DNA from: Sphyrna mokarran | Lineage: Eukaryota | NCBI GenBank assembly: GCA_024679065.1 | Contig: JAGIQG010000019.1 | Span: forward strand, 30,380,001-30,444,000 | Direction of reading: 5' to 3' | Length of the DNA: 64,000 nt | In this document: positions 13,981-25,481 of the stretch, piece by piece | Layout of the letters: each line of letters begins with the position of its first letter | How positions within the stretch are numbered: position 1 is the first letter of the stretch | Position numbers and translations under genes: made by a program | Notes under the pieces: generated by a model | Seen by the model: the letters and a program-made list of their open reading frames with translations, nothing else | Databases searched by the model: none | Told to the model about the DNA's origin: nothing

Positions 13981-15049
13981 GCATTTATTCACCTTCTATC
14001 ATTAATTCACACATAAAACATGGAACGGAAACACATCAGCGTGACATTAAATATACACTATACATTCACTGTGACTGAAATAAAGACAAGTCACATTCTT
14101 TGCTGTTAACATTTGCTTTCAAAAATTAGCATTTTTCACATAAATTTAATAATAAGAATTGTTTTTTGAAAAATTAGAGAAAATAGCCAATTAAATATGA
14201 AGGGAAACTTCAATTGATTAAGAGCTTATTAATCCTTTGTTTCTTCTTCTGATAGCCACTCTATCCCTGATTGTTGGTCAGTTCCCTTGTCTTCCGTCAG
14301 CACCATGGCTTGTTGCGATCTTCCTGCTTAAATCTAAATTTGACTCCTTCCACAGCTATCCTGTGTAACATGAAGCACACCACCACTGTTATGCATGTCT
14401 CTCTGTGAGATAGAGTAGGACAACTTTGGCACGGTTATAAACATTGCAATCTTTGCTTTGGCCCACTATGTCTGCCTTAAAAGGCTGTTGCCTCATGTAC
14501 TTTGGTTAGGTTGTTTGTATAATTGTAGGGGTCAGTTGAATATATCATAAGCCATCAAATAAGGTTAACACAAATATTTGAGTAGCCAAATATTATTAAC
14601 TTGGAGCAAGTGAGGAATTTATGTTTTCCTTAAGGTGTAAGTACTATAATCTAAAAAACATTTAATAACATGGAGAATTGTTCATTTATTGTCACTGATC
14701 ATTTGGAGTTTTATGCTAATGTGGAATATTTCAAACATATATTCCACATCCCATGGAAATTAGGATGAATGATTATCCCCTGGTCCTTAGGAACATTAAA
14801 GAAACCATGTGTGCCTCTTGGGCCCTGATGCAACTGATTCAGAATTCAACAGTTGTGAAACAGGGCAACTATGACCTCAGTTTGGATTGGTGAATGGCAA
14901 ACTGCATAATTCTTGCAAAGTCTCCAGATCATGAAAGTGACTTGTGGCAAAAAAAAATCAAGTCTTGCTCTTTGACAGCTACTGGCATTGTAGTTTGGCC
15001 ATCATTCCTTTCAATGCCAATCTGGTCCCAAGATGGTGCATGGTCACAG

Positions 15050-15380
15050 AATCATTGAATCCCTACAGTGCAAGAAGAGGCTATGCAGCCCATTGAGTCT
15101 ACACCAACTCTCTGACAGAGTCTCTTACCCAAGCCCTGTTACTCGCCCTATCCTCTTAACCTCACTCACTTCCCATTATTAATCCATCCAGCCTACATGT
15201 CTTGGGACACGAAGGGGCAATTTACCATGGCCAATCCATCTAACCAGCATATCTTTGGACTGTGGGAAGAAACCAGAGTAGCCGGAGGAAACCCATGCAG
15301 ACACAGGGAGAATGTTCAAGCTCCATAGTCACCCAGAATTGAACCCAAGTCTCTGGAGCTGTGAGGCATCAGTGCTGGTC
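15050..15380 (-). mobile_element. HE1-like V-SINE
   Basis: Reverse complement of the V-domain (ggaggaaacccatgcagacacagggagaatg), B box and tail. Confidence 0.85.
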
Positions 15381-15777
15381 TGTGGATGCCTTGATGGGAT
15401 GCAGTTCCCTTACTCCTTGGCAAGGTTAAGGTAGGCTTTGCTGAATGTGACAGATATCCTACTGGCAGTAGCATGTGGAACATGATGATACCCCCTTCTG
15501 TAACAGTTCTCAGTAAAGTTAACGTGTTGATGAACTCATGTTCCTGTGTGAACTGAAACAGTTGAGTTACTCTTTCAAATGCTTCTGCCCTGCTACTTGC
15601 TGAACTTATACAGACTAACACTTCTTGTTACCTCTGCTGGATCTCCCATTATACTCTGTTATTGTTGCACCACCTTTATGATAAATATTATTAATGGGAA
15701 GTTGGCTGAATAGAAAACATGAATAAATGTGCACCTTAGTTGACGATTAGAAATTTTAAATATGTTCAATTGTAAGA

Positions 15778-16108
15778 ATAAAAAACAAAACAGCACAGGA
15801 AACAGGCCTTTTGGCCCAACGAGCCTGCGCCGCCACCCCAATGTTCTCACCTCTACCCATGATCCCTGTTTATGTTTATAGATCGATGGATTGAAACCAA
15901 ATTTGAGACAATTTAGAGAGAATTTGTTCTGCCAATTAGCCTAAGAGCACATTTTTGAGATGTGAGAGGAAACTGGAGCACCTGGAAAAAACCCATGCAA
16001 GCACAGGGAGAATGCGCAAACTCCCACAGACACAGGCCCAAATCCATGTATCTGCACAGCACAGCGATAGTCACTGAGCTGTTGTGTTGCCCATCAAATA
16101 GTCCAGGT
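15778..16108 (-). mobile_element. Older 3'-UTR-only copy of the V-domain CR1 family
   Basis: Aligns by eye to 19660-19990 (cagcacaggaaacaggcc..., cctaagagc, ctcccacagacacaggccca, gatagtcactgagctgt) with more mismatches. Confidence 0.8.
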
Positions 16109-17520
16109 ATCAGAGGATTGGACAGTAGCTAATATTGTTCCTCTGCTTAAGAAGGGCAGAAGAGACAACCTGGTAAATTATAGGCCTGTGAGCCTTATTT
16201 CAGTGGTAGGGAAATTATTGGACAAAATTCTTAGAGATAGGATGTACTCACATCTGGAACAGAATGGACTTATTAGCGAAGGGCAGCTTGGTTTTGTAAA
16301 GGGGAGATTGTGTCTCACAAACTTGATTGAGTTCTTTGAGAGGAAGTGACAAAAAAAATTGACCAGAACAAGGAAGTGGATATTGTATACATGGACTACA
16401 ATAAAGCCTTCAATAAGGTTCTTCATGGCAAGCTGAAACAGAAGGTGAAGTCATATGGCATCCAAGGTCAGTTGGTAAAATGAATACAAAACTGACTTGG
16501 ACATAGAAAGCAGAGACAAACAGTGGAAGGGTATTTTTTTAACTGGAGGTCTGTGACAAGCAGTGTTCAACAAGGATCAATGCTGGGGCCTCTATTGTTT
16601 GTAATACAAGTAAATGATTTGGAAGAAAATGTGGATGGTCTGATTAGTAAATTTGCAGATGATACAAAAATTGGGGGAGTGAAAAGGGTTGTCAGAGGAA
16701 ATAGAAGTATATAAATTGGCTGGAAATCTGGGCCAAAAAATAGGAGATGGATTTTAACCTGGGCAAATGTGAGGTGGTGCGATTTGGAAGGTTTACTGCA
16801 GAAGGAAAATATACTTCCTTCTGTATATTTTGTATATTAGATGGTAGAAATGGTAGAGCCCTTAGAAATATTAGCATACAGTGGGATCTAGGTCTGCATA
16901 CCTAGCAATGAAGGACCAATGAGCCTTAATGGGTCAGGGCATTGGAATTGGAGAATCATATTGCAGCTGTATAAGACTTTGGTTGGGCCATATTTGGAGT
17001 ATTGTGTACAATTCTGGTTGTCAACTACCAGAAGCATTTGATGCATTGGAAAGGATACAGAAGAGATTTATCAGGATGTTGCCTAGTTTGGAGGTTATGG
17101 ACAATGAAAAAAGGTTAAACAAACTTGGATTATTTTCATTGGAGTGTCGGAGGATGAGGGGAGACCTAATAGAGCTTTATAAGATTATGACAGGCTTAGA
17201 TAGAGTAAATAGAGTCTTCTTTTCAGAGTAAAAGGGTCAATTACTTGGGGGCATTGGTTGAAAGTAGGAGGGGAAAGCTTAAAAGAGAAATAAGGGACAA
17301 GTTTTTCCACAGAGGGAGGTGAATGCCAGGAAGGCACTGCCATAAGAGGTGGTGGAATGAGATTAGATAACAACAATCAAGAGGCATCTGGGTAGATATA
17401 TAAATAGGCAGGGATTTGGATCATGTAGAGACAAGAAAATATTAGATTAGAGAGGCATCTGTGTCAGCACAGAGTTGGTAGGCTGAAGGGTCTGTTCATT
17501 GCTGTACTGTTTTTTGTTCG
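16109..17520 (+). mobile_element. Degenerate CR1 RT-to-3'-end fragment
   Basis: Broken frames SVQQGSMLGPLLF, ISKFADDTKIGG, LERIQKRFIRML, RGDLIELYK; tail ggctgaagggtctgtt. Confidence 0.92.
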
Positions 17521-18133
17521 CTGATTTCATGAAAGAGACAATTTCATTTTCATTTACTTAAATGTGTAAAGAAAGTGTAAAGAAAGTGACATTGCAATGC
17601 TACTTACACGTACAAAAAGGATGTTATCGCTCTCCTCTGCCACCATAGCAAAAGATGTGACAACAATGAATTTCACAAAAAGATAATAGCACTTTAATAT
17701 TATGGTTAAAACAGTACTTCCATTTATATTGTTAAATGGTGAGTGCATGATAGCAATTATAATAAAACTAAACACTTGAAGTTCATGATTGTTGCTGATG
17801 ATATTATTTAGATTGAGTATTTTTGAACTGTTCCTTTCAAACATGGATGACTTCTGGATGAATGAAGACAACATGAGAGTAATAATGTTGTTGCACAGTG
17901 GTTGGCACTGTGCCAGGGAACTGGATTTGATTCCCGACTTAAATTTACTCAATTTTTTCAAATGGGTTTTGATTTCAACTAGCATTCAATGGTATCTAGT
18001 TAGTGCACAGCCTTTGATTTCATTCCAGTATATCCTAAAATAAGACCTTGAAATTAGGTAATGTCTAGTTGGCTAGAACTATCAGTGAAAAGTCTGTTGC
18101 TTCAGTAAAACAAACTGTAGTTCTACGACTTAC

Positions 18134-18292
18134 CGTGTTGTGGCTGCCACCAGCGAAATGCAGTCGATATGGTTTTAGCTTCTGGGAGTAGTTCAATCGT
18201 TATTATTTGAGGCTGCAGAAACGACATGTAGTCCAGCTCACGCAGAACATGCCAGGTCACTCCGTTATCATTGGTATACTGCACAACAATTC
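18134..18292 (-). CDS. RELN: Reelin coding exon (~32), 159 nt
   Basis: aatctag|GA ATT GTT ... CAC G|gtaagt; [52 protein letters not shown](G). Confidence 0.97.
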
Positions 18293-19029
18293 CTAGATTT
18301 TGGAGAAAAGAGGGAATAGGGTTATAGGTGATGCTGGAAATTTGTTTTACTTTGGCAGATCTCCCGTGGCATTGCTCACCATAAGTCAAAGGTTGTTCTG
18401 TTGTTAGGGGTTGGGGAAGAGTTTGGAAGAATGAAAGAATTTGGGAATGAAGATTGTAAGAGATTGTCCCAGGATCATTAATATTAGCAGTTTTAAATTG
18501 TTTACTTATGAGGAACCAAATAGATAAAGAATTCGTTTATCTGTTCTCTGCATGCATACTCTGTGTGCAATATGGAGAAGTTACTTTTAGGTTTCCTGTT
18601 GGTTTTACTAAAACAGAAAATAAATATATTCATAACTGAACAAATTAATCTACTTTCTGTCTTGCCTTCTTTATTAGCTAATTCTGACACAGTATTCAAT
18701 GCTACCAAACTTCTATGTTTAAAGAAATATGTATTACTTAAGAGCTTCATTTACTGCCTACAAACTTCACTATTCTTCCTGAACTCCCCATTGATTGCAA
18801 GGTTTCATAACGGCCTTAACTGGAACAGGGGTGAGCTTCCTGCCTTAGGCCCTATATACCCAACTGTAAAATTACTTCTGGATCAGGGCGGACAGGATTC
18901 TTTTCCATGCTACTTTAAGGTTCCCCACCACCTTCAACTCTGCTGATGGGGTGGGAGAATACAATTCTGGCCACAGATGGAGGTTTAAACCTGGAGCTTC
19001 ATGGTTTTATGTCATGCATGCAAACAGGA

Positions 19030-19345
19030 TGAGTGGCACAGTGGTTAGCACTGCTGCCTCACAGCACCAAGGACCCAGGTTCAATTCTTACCTCAGATCA
19101 CTGTCTGTGTGGAGTTTGCACATTCTCCCCATGTCTATGTGGGTTGCCTCCAGGCACTCTGATTTTCTCCCAAGTCCAAAGATGTGCAGGTTAGGGTTGA
19201 TTGGTCATGCTAAATTGGCCCTACTGTTAGGGATTAAAGGAAAATATGTGGAATTATGGGAATAGAGCCTGGGTGGGATTGTAGTCGGTGCATATTCGAT
19301 GGGTCAAATGGCCTCTTTCTGCAGTATGGAGTTCTCTGATTCTAT
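19030..19345 (+). mobile_element. HE1-like tRNA-derived V-SINE, full length
   Basis: A box gtggcacagtggttagc, B box ggttcaattc, V-domain tctgtgtggagtttgcacattctcccc, CR1-type tail gggtcaaatggcctc. Confidence 0.9.
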
Positions 19346-19449
19346 GAAGAGTGATTATAATATTGCAGATATCTTCTTTAACAGCACTAAAAAAATATAA
19401 TTCAGTTTTCTGTACAAATAAATAAAAAACTAAATGACAGAATCATTAC

Positions 19450-19526
19450 CTTCATTTCTAGCTCTTGGTTTGCTGCAAGAGGAACCAAGCGTTTTGCTTC
19501 CAATTCGGATATAAAATTGAACCAAC
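19450..19526 (-). CDS. RELN: Reelin coding exon (~31), 77 nt
   Basis: tgcatag|G TTG GTT ... GAA G|gtaatg; [25 protein letters not shown](G); not in the ORF track. Confidence 0.95.
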
Positions 19527-19654
19527 CTATGCATGAAACATAAAGATTACAAGGTTCATAGGAAGAAAGCACTACCCGTGCCTTTTATTAAAAACAACCG
19601 ATATCATCAGGCAGACCCACAGTACAGTATTATGGACAATATCAGAAACTCATT

Positions 19655-22600
19655 TTATTATTAAGCAACACAGCACGGGAAACAGGCCCTTCGGCCCAAC
19701 GAGCCCGCGCCACCGTAATACCAAATACATTATCCTATTTTAATATTCCTATATAATAATATATATATTAATCCTAATTTGGAAAATTTTCACCATAGGG
19801 ACAATTTGTTACCCAATCAGCCTAAGAGCGAATTTTTGGGTTGTGGGAGGAAACCGGAGTGCCCGGAGAAAACCCACGCAACCACGGGGAGAACGCGCAA
19901 ACTCCCGCAGACACCGGCCCAATTCCAAGTGTCTGCACAGCCACATCGATAGTCTCTGAGCTGTCATGGTGCCCTTCAGGTGGTCCACATAAAGCACTCA
20001 TATACGACATGAGGTACCAGGCAACCCATGAATCAACATCCAAGAGCTGTACCCGCACCACCTGCCGAATGCGTGCTCAAATTATGGACTGAATTACCTG
20101 TGGAAAAAAGCCGTAGTTAAACAGTCCTAATATATCCCTCTATCTGCATACCGCTCATGTGGCTGTCCAAGAGACCCTTAAACAGCCCCAGCGTGCCTGC
20201 TCCCACCACCTTACTCGGCAGTGCATTCCACACCCCCACTACCCTTTGTGTGAAAAACTGCCCTCTAATATTCGTCCTATACATAGCCCCCCTCACCCTA
20301 TGGCCATGACCTCTCGTCCTATCCATTTCTAAAGGTGGAAAAAGTTTACCTCCATTTACTCTATCTATACCCCTTATAATCTTATACACCTCTATGAGAT
20401 CCCCTCTAAGCCGACGTCTTTCAAGGGAAAACAACCCCAGTCTATCTAATCGTTCCTCATAGGACAGTCCTTCCATACCAGGCAGCATCCTGGTAAACCT
20501 CCTCTGCACTCTCTCCAAGGACTCCACATCCTTCCGATAGTACGGAGACCAGAACTGGGCGCAGTATTCCAAGTGAGGCCTAACCAAAGTTGTATACAAC
20601 TGCAACATCAAACTCCTACTCTTATATTCTATACCCTTTTCTATGAAAGCTAACATACTATACGCCTTCTTTGTCACCTTCTCCACCTGTGAGGACACCT
20701 TCAGAGACTTGTGAACCTGCACCCCCAAGTCTCTCTGCGTCTCTATGCTCCTTATAGTTTTACCTTTTATCCTATAATTCTCTTCTACATTTTTCCGGCC
20801 AAAATGCATCACCTCGCATTTTTCCGGATTAAATTCCATTTGCCATCTATCTGCCCAATCTACCAACCTGTCTATGTCCTGTTGTATTGCCTGACACTGC
20901 TCTTCTGTACCCGCCAATCCAAGCATCTTGGTGTCATCAGCAAATTTGCTGATCTCACCACCTACCCCTACTTCCAAGTCGTTTATGTAGACCACAAATA
21001 GAAGAGGACCTAGTACTGAGCCTTGTGGCACTCCACTAGTGACAGGCTTCCAGCTGGAAAAAGAGCCTTCCACTACTACCCTCTGTCTCCTCCTTCCGAG
21101 CCAGTTTTCGACCCATCTACATACCCGACCCTGTATCCCATGCGCCTTCACCTTCTCTATCAGTCTACCATGAGGAACCTTGTCAAACGCCTTACTGAAA
21201 TCCATGTAGACGACATCAACAGCCTGTCCTTCATCAACTGTTTTTGTCACTTCTTCAAAAAATTCCACCAGATTCGTAAGACAAGACTTCCCCTTGACGA
21301 AGCCATGCTGCGTATCCCTGATCAGATCGCAGCGCTCCAGATGCTCATACATCCTGTCCCTAAGGATCTTCTCCATTAGCTTACCTATAACTGAAGTCAA
21401 GCTCACCGGCCTATAGTTCCCTGGGTGATCCCTCTGACCTTTTTTAAACAACGGTACTACGTTTGCTATCCTCCAGTCCTCTGGGACCTCACCTGTGTCC
21501 AAGGAAGAGACAAAGATTTGCGTCAGAGGCCCAGCCAAGTCTTCCCTCAACTCCCTTAGCAGCCTGGGGTAAATGCCATCAGGCCCCGGAGCTTTATATG
21601 TCTTTAAGCTGCCTAACAGCCCCAACACCTCTTTCCTTGTAATCCTTATTTCCCTCAACCAATCCTCAACTTTGTCAACATCAGGCACAGACATCTGTCC
21701 AGTCTCCTGTGTGAATACCGACGCAAAGTATTCATTCAGGATCTCCCCCATTCCCTCAGGCTCTAAGCATAGATCCCCTCCACTGTCCCTAAGAGGTCCA
21801 ATCTTGCCTCTAACCATCCTTTTGCTCCTTACATAGGTGTAAAATGCCTTTGGATTTTCTTTAATCCTACCTGCCAGAGCCACCTCATGGCCCCTTTTTG
21901 CCTTTCTAATACCCCTTTTAAGATCCCGTCTACACTCTCTATAAGCTTCCAGCGCTATCTCAGTCCCTAGTTGCCTAGATCTAATGTAAGCCTCTCTCTT
22001 TTTCTTGATCAAGTCCTCAATCTCCCTGGTAAGCCAAGGTTCTCTAATCCTACCTTTCCCATCCTTCCTCCTTGCCGGCACATATCTTTCCTGCAGAGAG
22101 TTTAGTTTTCCCTTGAAAGACTCCCACATGTACCTCGTCGACCTGCCCTCAAAAAGCTTATCCCAATCCGTATCTTTAAGATCTTGCCTAATCTGGCCGT
22201 ATCTAGCCCTCCCCCAGTTAAATACCCTCCCTTTTGGGCCAGTCTCATCCTTTTCCATTAATATCCTAAAGCAGACAGAGTTGTGATCACTATTTGACAC
22301 CTGCTCTCCTACCTCGACGTCAACCACCTGGCCTGGCTCATTCCCCAGAACCAAATCCAGTATAGCCCCCTCTCTAGTCGGGCCATCCACATACTGCTCC
22401 AAGGACCCTTCCAAAACACACTGTACAAATTCCTCCCCATCCACTCCTACAGCCCTGGGCACACTCCAATCTACTCCAGGAAAATTGAAATCTCCCACCA
22501 CTACCACCCTATTTTTCCTACACTTATCTAAAATGTCCCTGCATATCCCTTCTTCCACAGCCTGCGGGCTGTTGGGCGGTCTGTAGTAAACACCCAACAG

Positions 22601-23115
22601 AGTAACCACTCCCTTCCTATTCCTCAACTCCACCCATAGAGACTCAATTCCTAAATCATCCATACCTCTCTCCCTCTGCACTGCTATGACGTTGTCCTTA
22701 ACTAATAAAGCCACTCCCCCGCCTCTCTTCACACCAACTCTGTCACACCTAAAACACTTATACCCTGGAATATTCAATTGCCAGTCTTGCCCCTCCTTCA
22801 ACCACGTCTCGGTCACCGCCACCACGTCTAAACTCCTCGTGAACATTATTGCCTTCAGTTCATCTGTTTTGCCAGTCACACTCCTCGCATTAAAACACAT
22901 GCACTGAAGACCCTCAGCTCTCAGAAATACCTTTCTACCTACTGGTGTTGCCCTATCATCCCTCTCTATCCCACTCCCAGTTCCTGCTGTCTCCCCACCC
23001 TCCCTCCCTATTAGTTTAAACATTTCTGAAACACTCCAGCTAACCTCCCAGCTAAAATATGTGTTCCCCTCCCAGTCAACTGCTCCCTATCCCTCGTGAA
23101 TAGGTGACCCTCCTT
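19655..23115 (-). mobile_element. Young CR1-clade LINE, 5'-truncated within ORF1; intact ORF2; ~460-nt 3' UTR containing a SINE V-domain
   Basis: ORF1 C-terminus (~23011-23115), ORF2 20117-23023, 3' terminal motif TTGGGCCGAAGGGCCTGTTTCCCGTGCTGT followed by a TAA-rich tail. Confidence 0.95.
20117..23023 (-). CDS. CR1 ORF2: APE endonuclease + reverse transcriptase, 968 aa, uninterrupted
   Basis: APE motifs NARS, VTETW, YRPP, GDFN, LDLVL, SDHN; RT motifs KAPGPDG, YRPVSL, DFSKAFD, GVPQGSVLGP, FADD; CR1 C-terminus VRPHLEYC...[12 protein letters not shown]...FFTQRVV..WN. Confidence 0.97.
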   Translation of the reverse strand: MFKLIGREGGETAGTGSGIERDDRATPVGRKVFLRAEGLQCMCFNARSVTGKTDELKAIMFTRSLDVVAVTETWLKEGQDWQLNIPGYKCFRCDRVGVKRGGGVALLVKDNVIAVQRERGMDDLGIESLWVELRNRKGVVTLLGVYYRPPNSPQAVEEGICRDILDKCRKNRVVVVGDFNFPGVDWSVPRAVGVDGEEFVQCVLEGSLEQYVDGPTREGAILDLVLGNEPGQVVDVEVGEQVSNSDHNSVCFRILMEKDETGPKGRVFNWGRARYGQIRQDLKDTDWDKLFEGRSTRYMWESFKGKLNSLQERYVPARRKDGKGRIREPWLTREIEDLIKKKREAYIRSRQLGTEIALEAYRECRRDLKRGIRKAKRGHEVALAGRIKENPKAFYTYVRSKRMVRGKIGPLRDSGGDLCLEPEGMGEILNEYFASVFTQETGQMSVPDVDKVEDWLREIRITRKEVLGLLGSLKTYKAPGPDGIYPRLLRELREDLAGPLTQIFVSSLDTGEVPEDWRIANVVPLFKKGQRDHPGNYRPVSLTSVIGKLMEKILRDRMYEHLERCDLIRDTQHGFVKGKSCLTNLVEFFEEVTKTVDEGQAVDVVYMDFSKAFDKVPHGRLIEKVKAHGIQGRVCRWVENWLGRRRQRVVVEGSFSSWKPVTSGVPQGSVLGPLLFVVYINDLEVGVGGEISKFADDTKMLGLAGTEEQCQAIQQDIDRLVDWADRWQMEFNPEKCEVMHFGRKNVEENYRIKGKTIRSIETQRDLGVQVHKSLKVSSQVEKVTKKAYSMLAFIEKGIEYKSRSLMLQLYTTLVRPHLEYCAQFWSPYYRKDVESLERVQRRFTRMLPGMEGLSYEERLDRLGLFSLERRRLRGDLIEVYKIIRGIDRVNGGKLFPPLEMDRTRGHGHRVRGAMYRTNIRGQFFTQRVVGVWNALPSKVVGAGTLGLFKGLLDSHMSGMQIEGYIRTV

Positions 23116-24178
23116 TGATTTATGATCAAAATTGAAAACAATCTGATAATGTCATAGTTATGAAACTAGATTGCCAAAGCCAAGCATGACAAGCTACAAA
23201 ATTGACTTCTGGAATTAATGATTATGAAACAAATAGATTGAGGGCAGTTGGGGGACAGTGATGGGGGTATATGTGGATTTCAGCTGCACTAGCCCAGCTG
23301 GGACAGGCAGCAGTTAAAATCCTCAGTGACATCCCTGCTGGTTTCCCACCTGGACCTGTGGTAAGAAAGTAAGTGCCCGAGGCTGACATTCTTTTCTTTA
23401 TATTAGCAATTCGTAACTCAGAGAAGCTGCTGCAGTTTGGAAATAAACTTAAATGCTGTCAGCTCTCAGCACAAGATATTCAGAACACAGGACAATGTGA
23501 TAACCTCTCTGAGAGGCAATAACAATGACTAGTGTGGGAACAAGATAAATTCACACTCGATACTAAGGGGTAGCTTCAGAAATAGGTATTAGGGCACAGT
23601 GGGAAAACAGATTTTCAGGAGTTCTACTCTGTGTAAAGTTCACTCTTCTGACTGACCTGTTCTTAACATGAAATTGAGTAACAATACTAATTATATAATG
23701 GTTCTGAAAATCCTATGTTAATGTATACAAATCATTCATCCTTAAATGTAAACTTATTACTAGCATCATTATAAGGGTTCAGCATAATGGATTTGAATTA
23801 AGTCTGAATATCATTAGGGAAAGCTCTTCCAAATAGGCTCAGATTTAGAACCCCAAATCAGATTAGATTATTTCCTCACAGTGCAACTAATTTGGAGGCA
23901 ATTTCAGCTACTAGCTAACTCAATGGTTACGTTCATTTCAAATGCACAAAGTATCCATGATTGTCTGAATTGACCATACCTGAACAAATTCAGAGATTCA
24001 AACTGACATAATTTGAATTTGCGGACAATCTATACTCTGCTTTATGAGATACAAATCTGACTGAAATATTGTTTCTTAATAAAATAATTTTATTGAGATA
24101 CAGTGCACTCAAACAATGCTAACAGAGATCTCTTAATGTAAAATAATTCTGCAACAAATATCAAAATTTGCTTTTAAC

Positions 24179-24386
24179 CTGATGTTTGTTGTGTCAAGAC
24201 TGACAGTCCTGGCCTCTCTTCCTCCAGGGCCATTGAAGTAGAGGGATTTCCCATCATTCAGTATCCCGCAGCCTATACCAGTCTGTCCTCCAGTAACCTT
24301 GAACCAGAAAGGACTGAGCTTATCCTCAAAACGATCAGTCATTTCACTGGGGTTTGATGTATTCGGAACACAGGTTCCCTCTTCAA
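24179..24386 (-). CDS. RELN: Reelin coding exon (~30), 208 nt
   Basis: cttgtag|TT GAA GAG ... ATC AG|gttaaa; [68 protein letters not shown](R). Confidence 0.95.
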
Positions 24387-25481
24387 CTACAAGAGAATGG
24401 AGCCATGCATTATCAGTAGAAGCAGCTTTTTGCATTAAACATTCGCCATTAAAATAGGGAATTGTTTCTATTAGTTAAACTGGAAACAGGAACACAAAGA
24501 GAAGCAAACAATGGTGAACAAGTCTGGAAAATGCACACCAATAAAGCAATTGTTAAACATAAATTACTTTTAAAATCTAAATTAGAGGTTACAATTTATA
24601 ACTCTTGGATATTGTTTCTCCTTTATTATTCCTGAGCACAATGAGAGAATGAGAAACACAATACAGAAATTAGTTTTAGTATATGATTTGCTGAACCAAG
24701 TAAGCATGCTCAATGCGTTGAAGCTAGTGTCCTGACTGTGGACGTAAGCTGTTTTAAGTAATTTAAGCCATGCACATTCTAGTAAAGATGGAACTAGCAG
24801 CCAAATATAAGTTGCAAAGCCACTTTTTATTTTAGAATAAAAGAGCTCCAGTGTTCATTTTAAAATAAAAATGTGCACAATTTAATAATGCAGCACCCAA
24901 CTTAACTAACAGTAATTCACGGTTTATTAATAGCCTTGATCTGTTAGCACCCTGGATGTAACCTTCCTGACATGGTTCACAACATGGGTGTCACACTCCA
25001 TGACACCCATCACAGTCAATCACTGTCACCATTTTCATTAGACTCGGTGTAGATTCACACAATAGCATGAGGAGAAACAAAATCTCCATTTTTCACGCTA
25101 ACCCAATCTTCGATCAACCAATTGCTTTGGACCTTGGATACTCAATTGTTTGCTGGACAGTTCACATCATGGGCCACTTGTTATACTGTACACTTTATTA
25201 AAACACGTGAAAAGTGGAACTCATCATGGGAGAAAGCCCAAAATGAATGATAATGTAGGGGGCACAGCATTTTACATTATACTAGATATTGACTGGAAAA
25301 GGAAAATAATTCAAGTGTAAATCTCTCTCCTAATGTGTTTTGCCCTTTCATCGAGTGCACTGAATTCCTACATCTCAGGCACCTTTTAAGTAAGTCTGAT
25401 TTATAGCTTCCAGCCATATTTCTATCTGAATCATATTCTGAAATTTAACATCAGGAACACTTTAGAAGTTTGTAATTTTTA

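Noticed and set aside
12977-18946. AT-rich ORFs of 100-143 aa (12977, 17554, 18563)
   Set aside because: Biased I/L/F/N/K composition, no motifs or splice support; chance frames.
19030-19100. tRNA gene
   Set aside because: A and B boxes belong to SINE heads; no cloverleaf, and the V-domain follows.
20711-22907. Several plus-strand ORFs of 70-120 aa
   Set aside because: Antisense shadows of CR1 ORF2.
23105-23130. TSD for the 19655-23115 CR1 (ATAAA)
   Set aside because: Too short and AT-rich to separate from the TAA tail.
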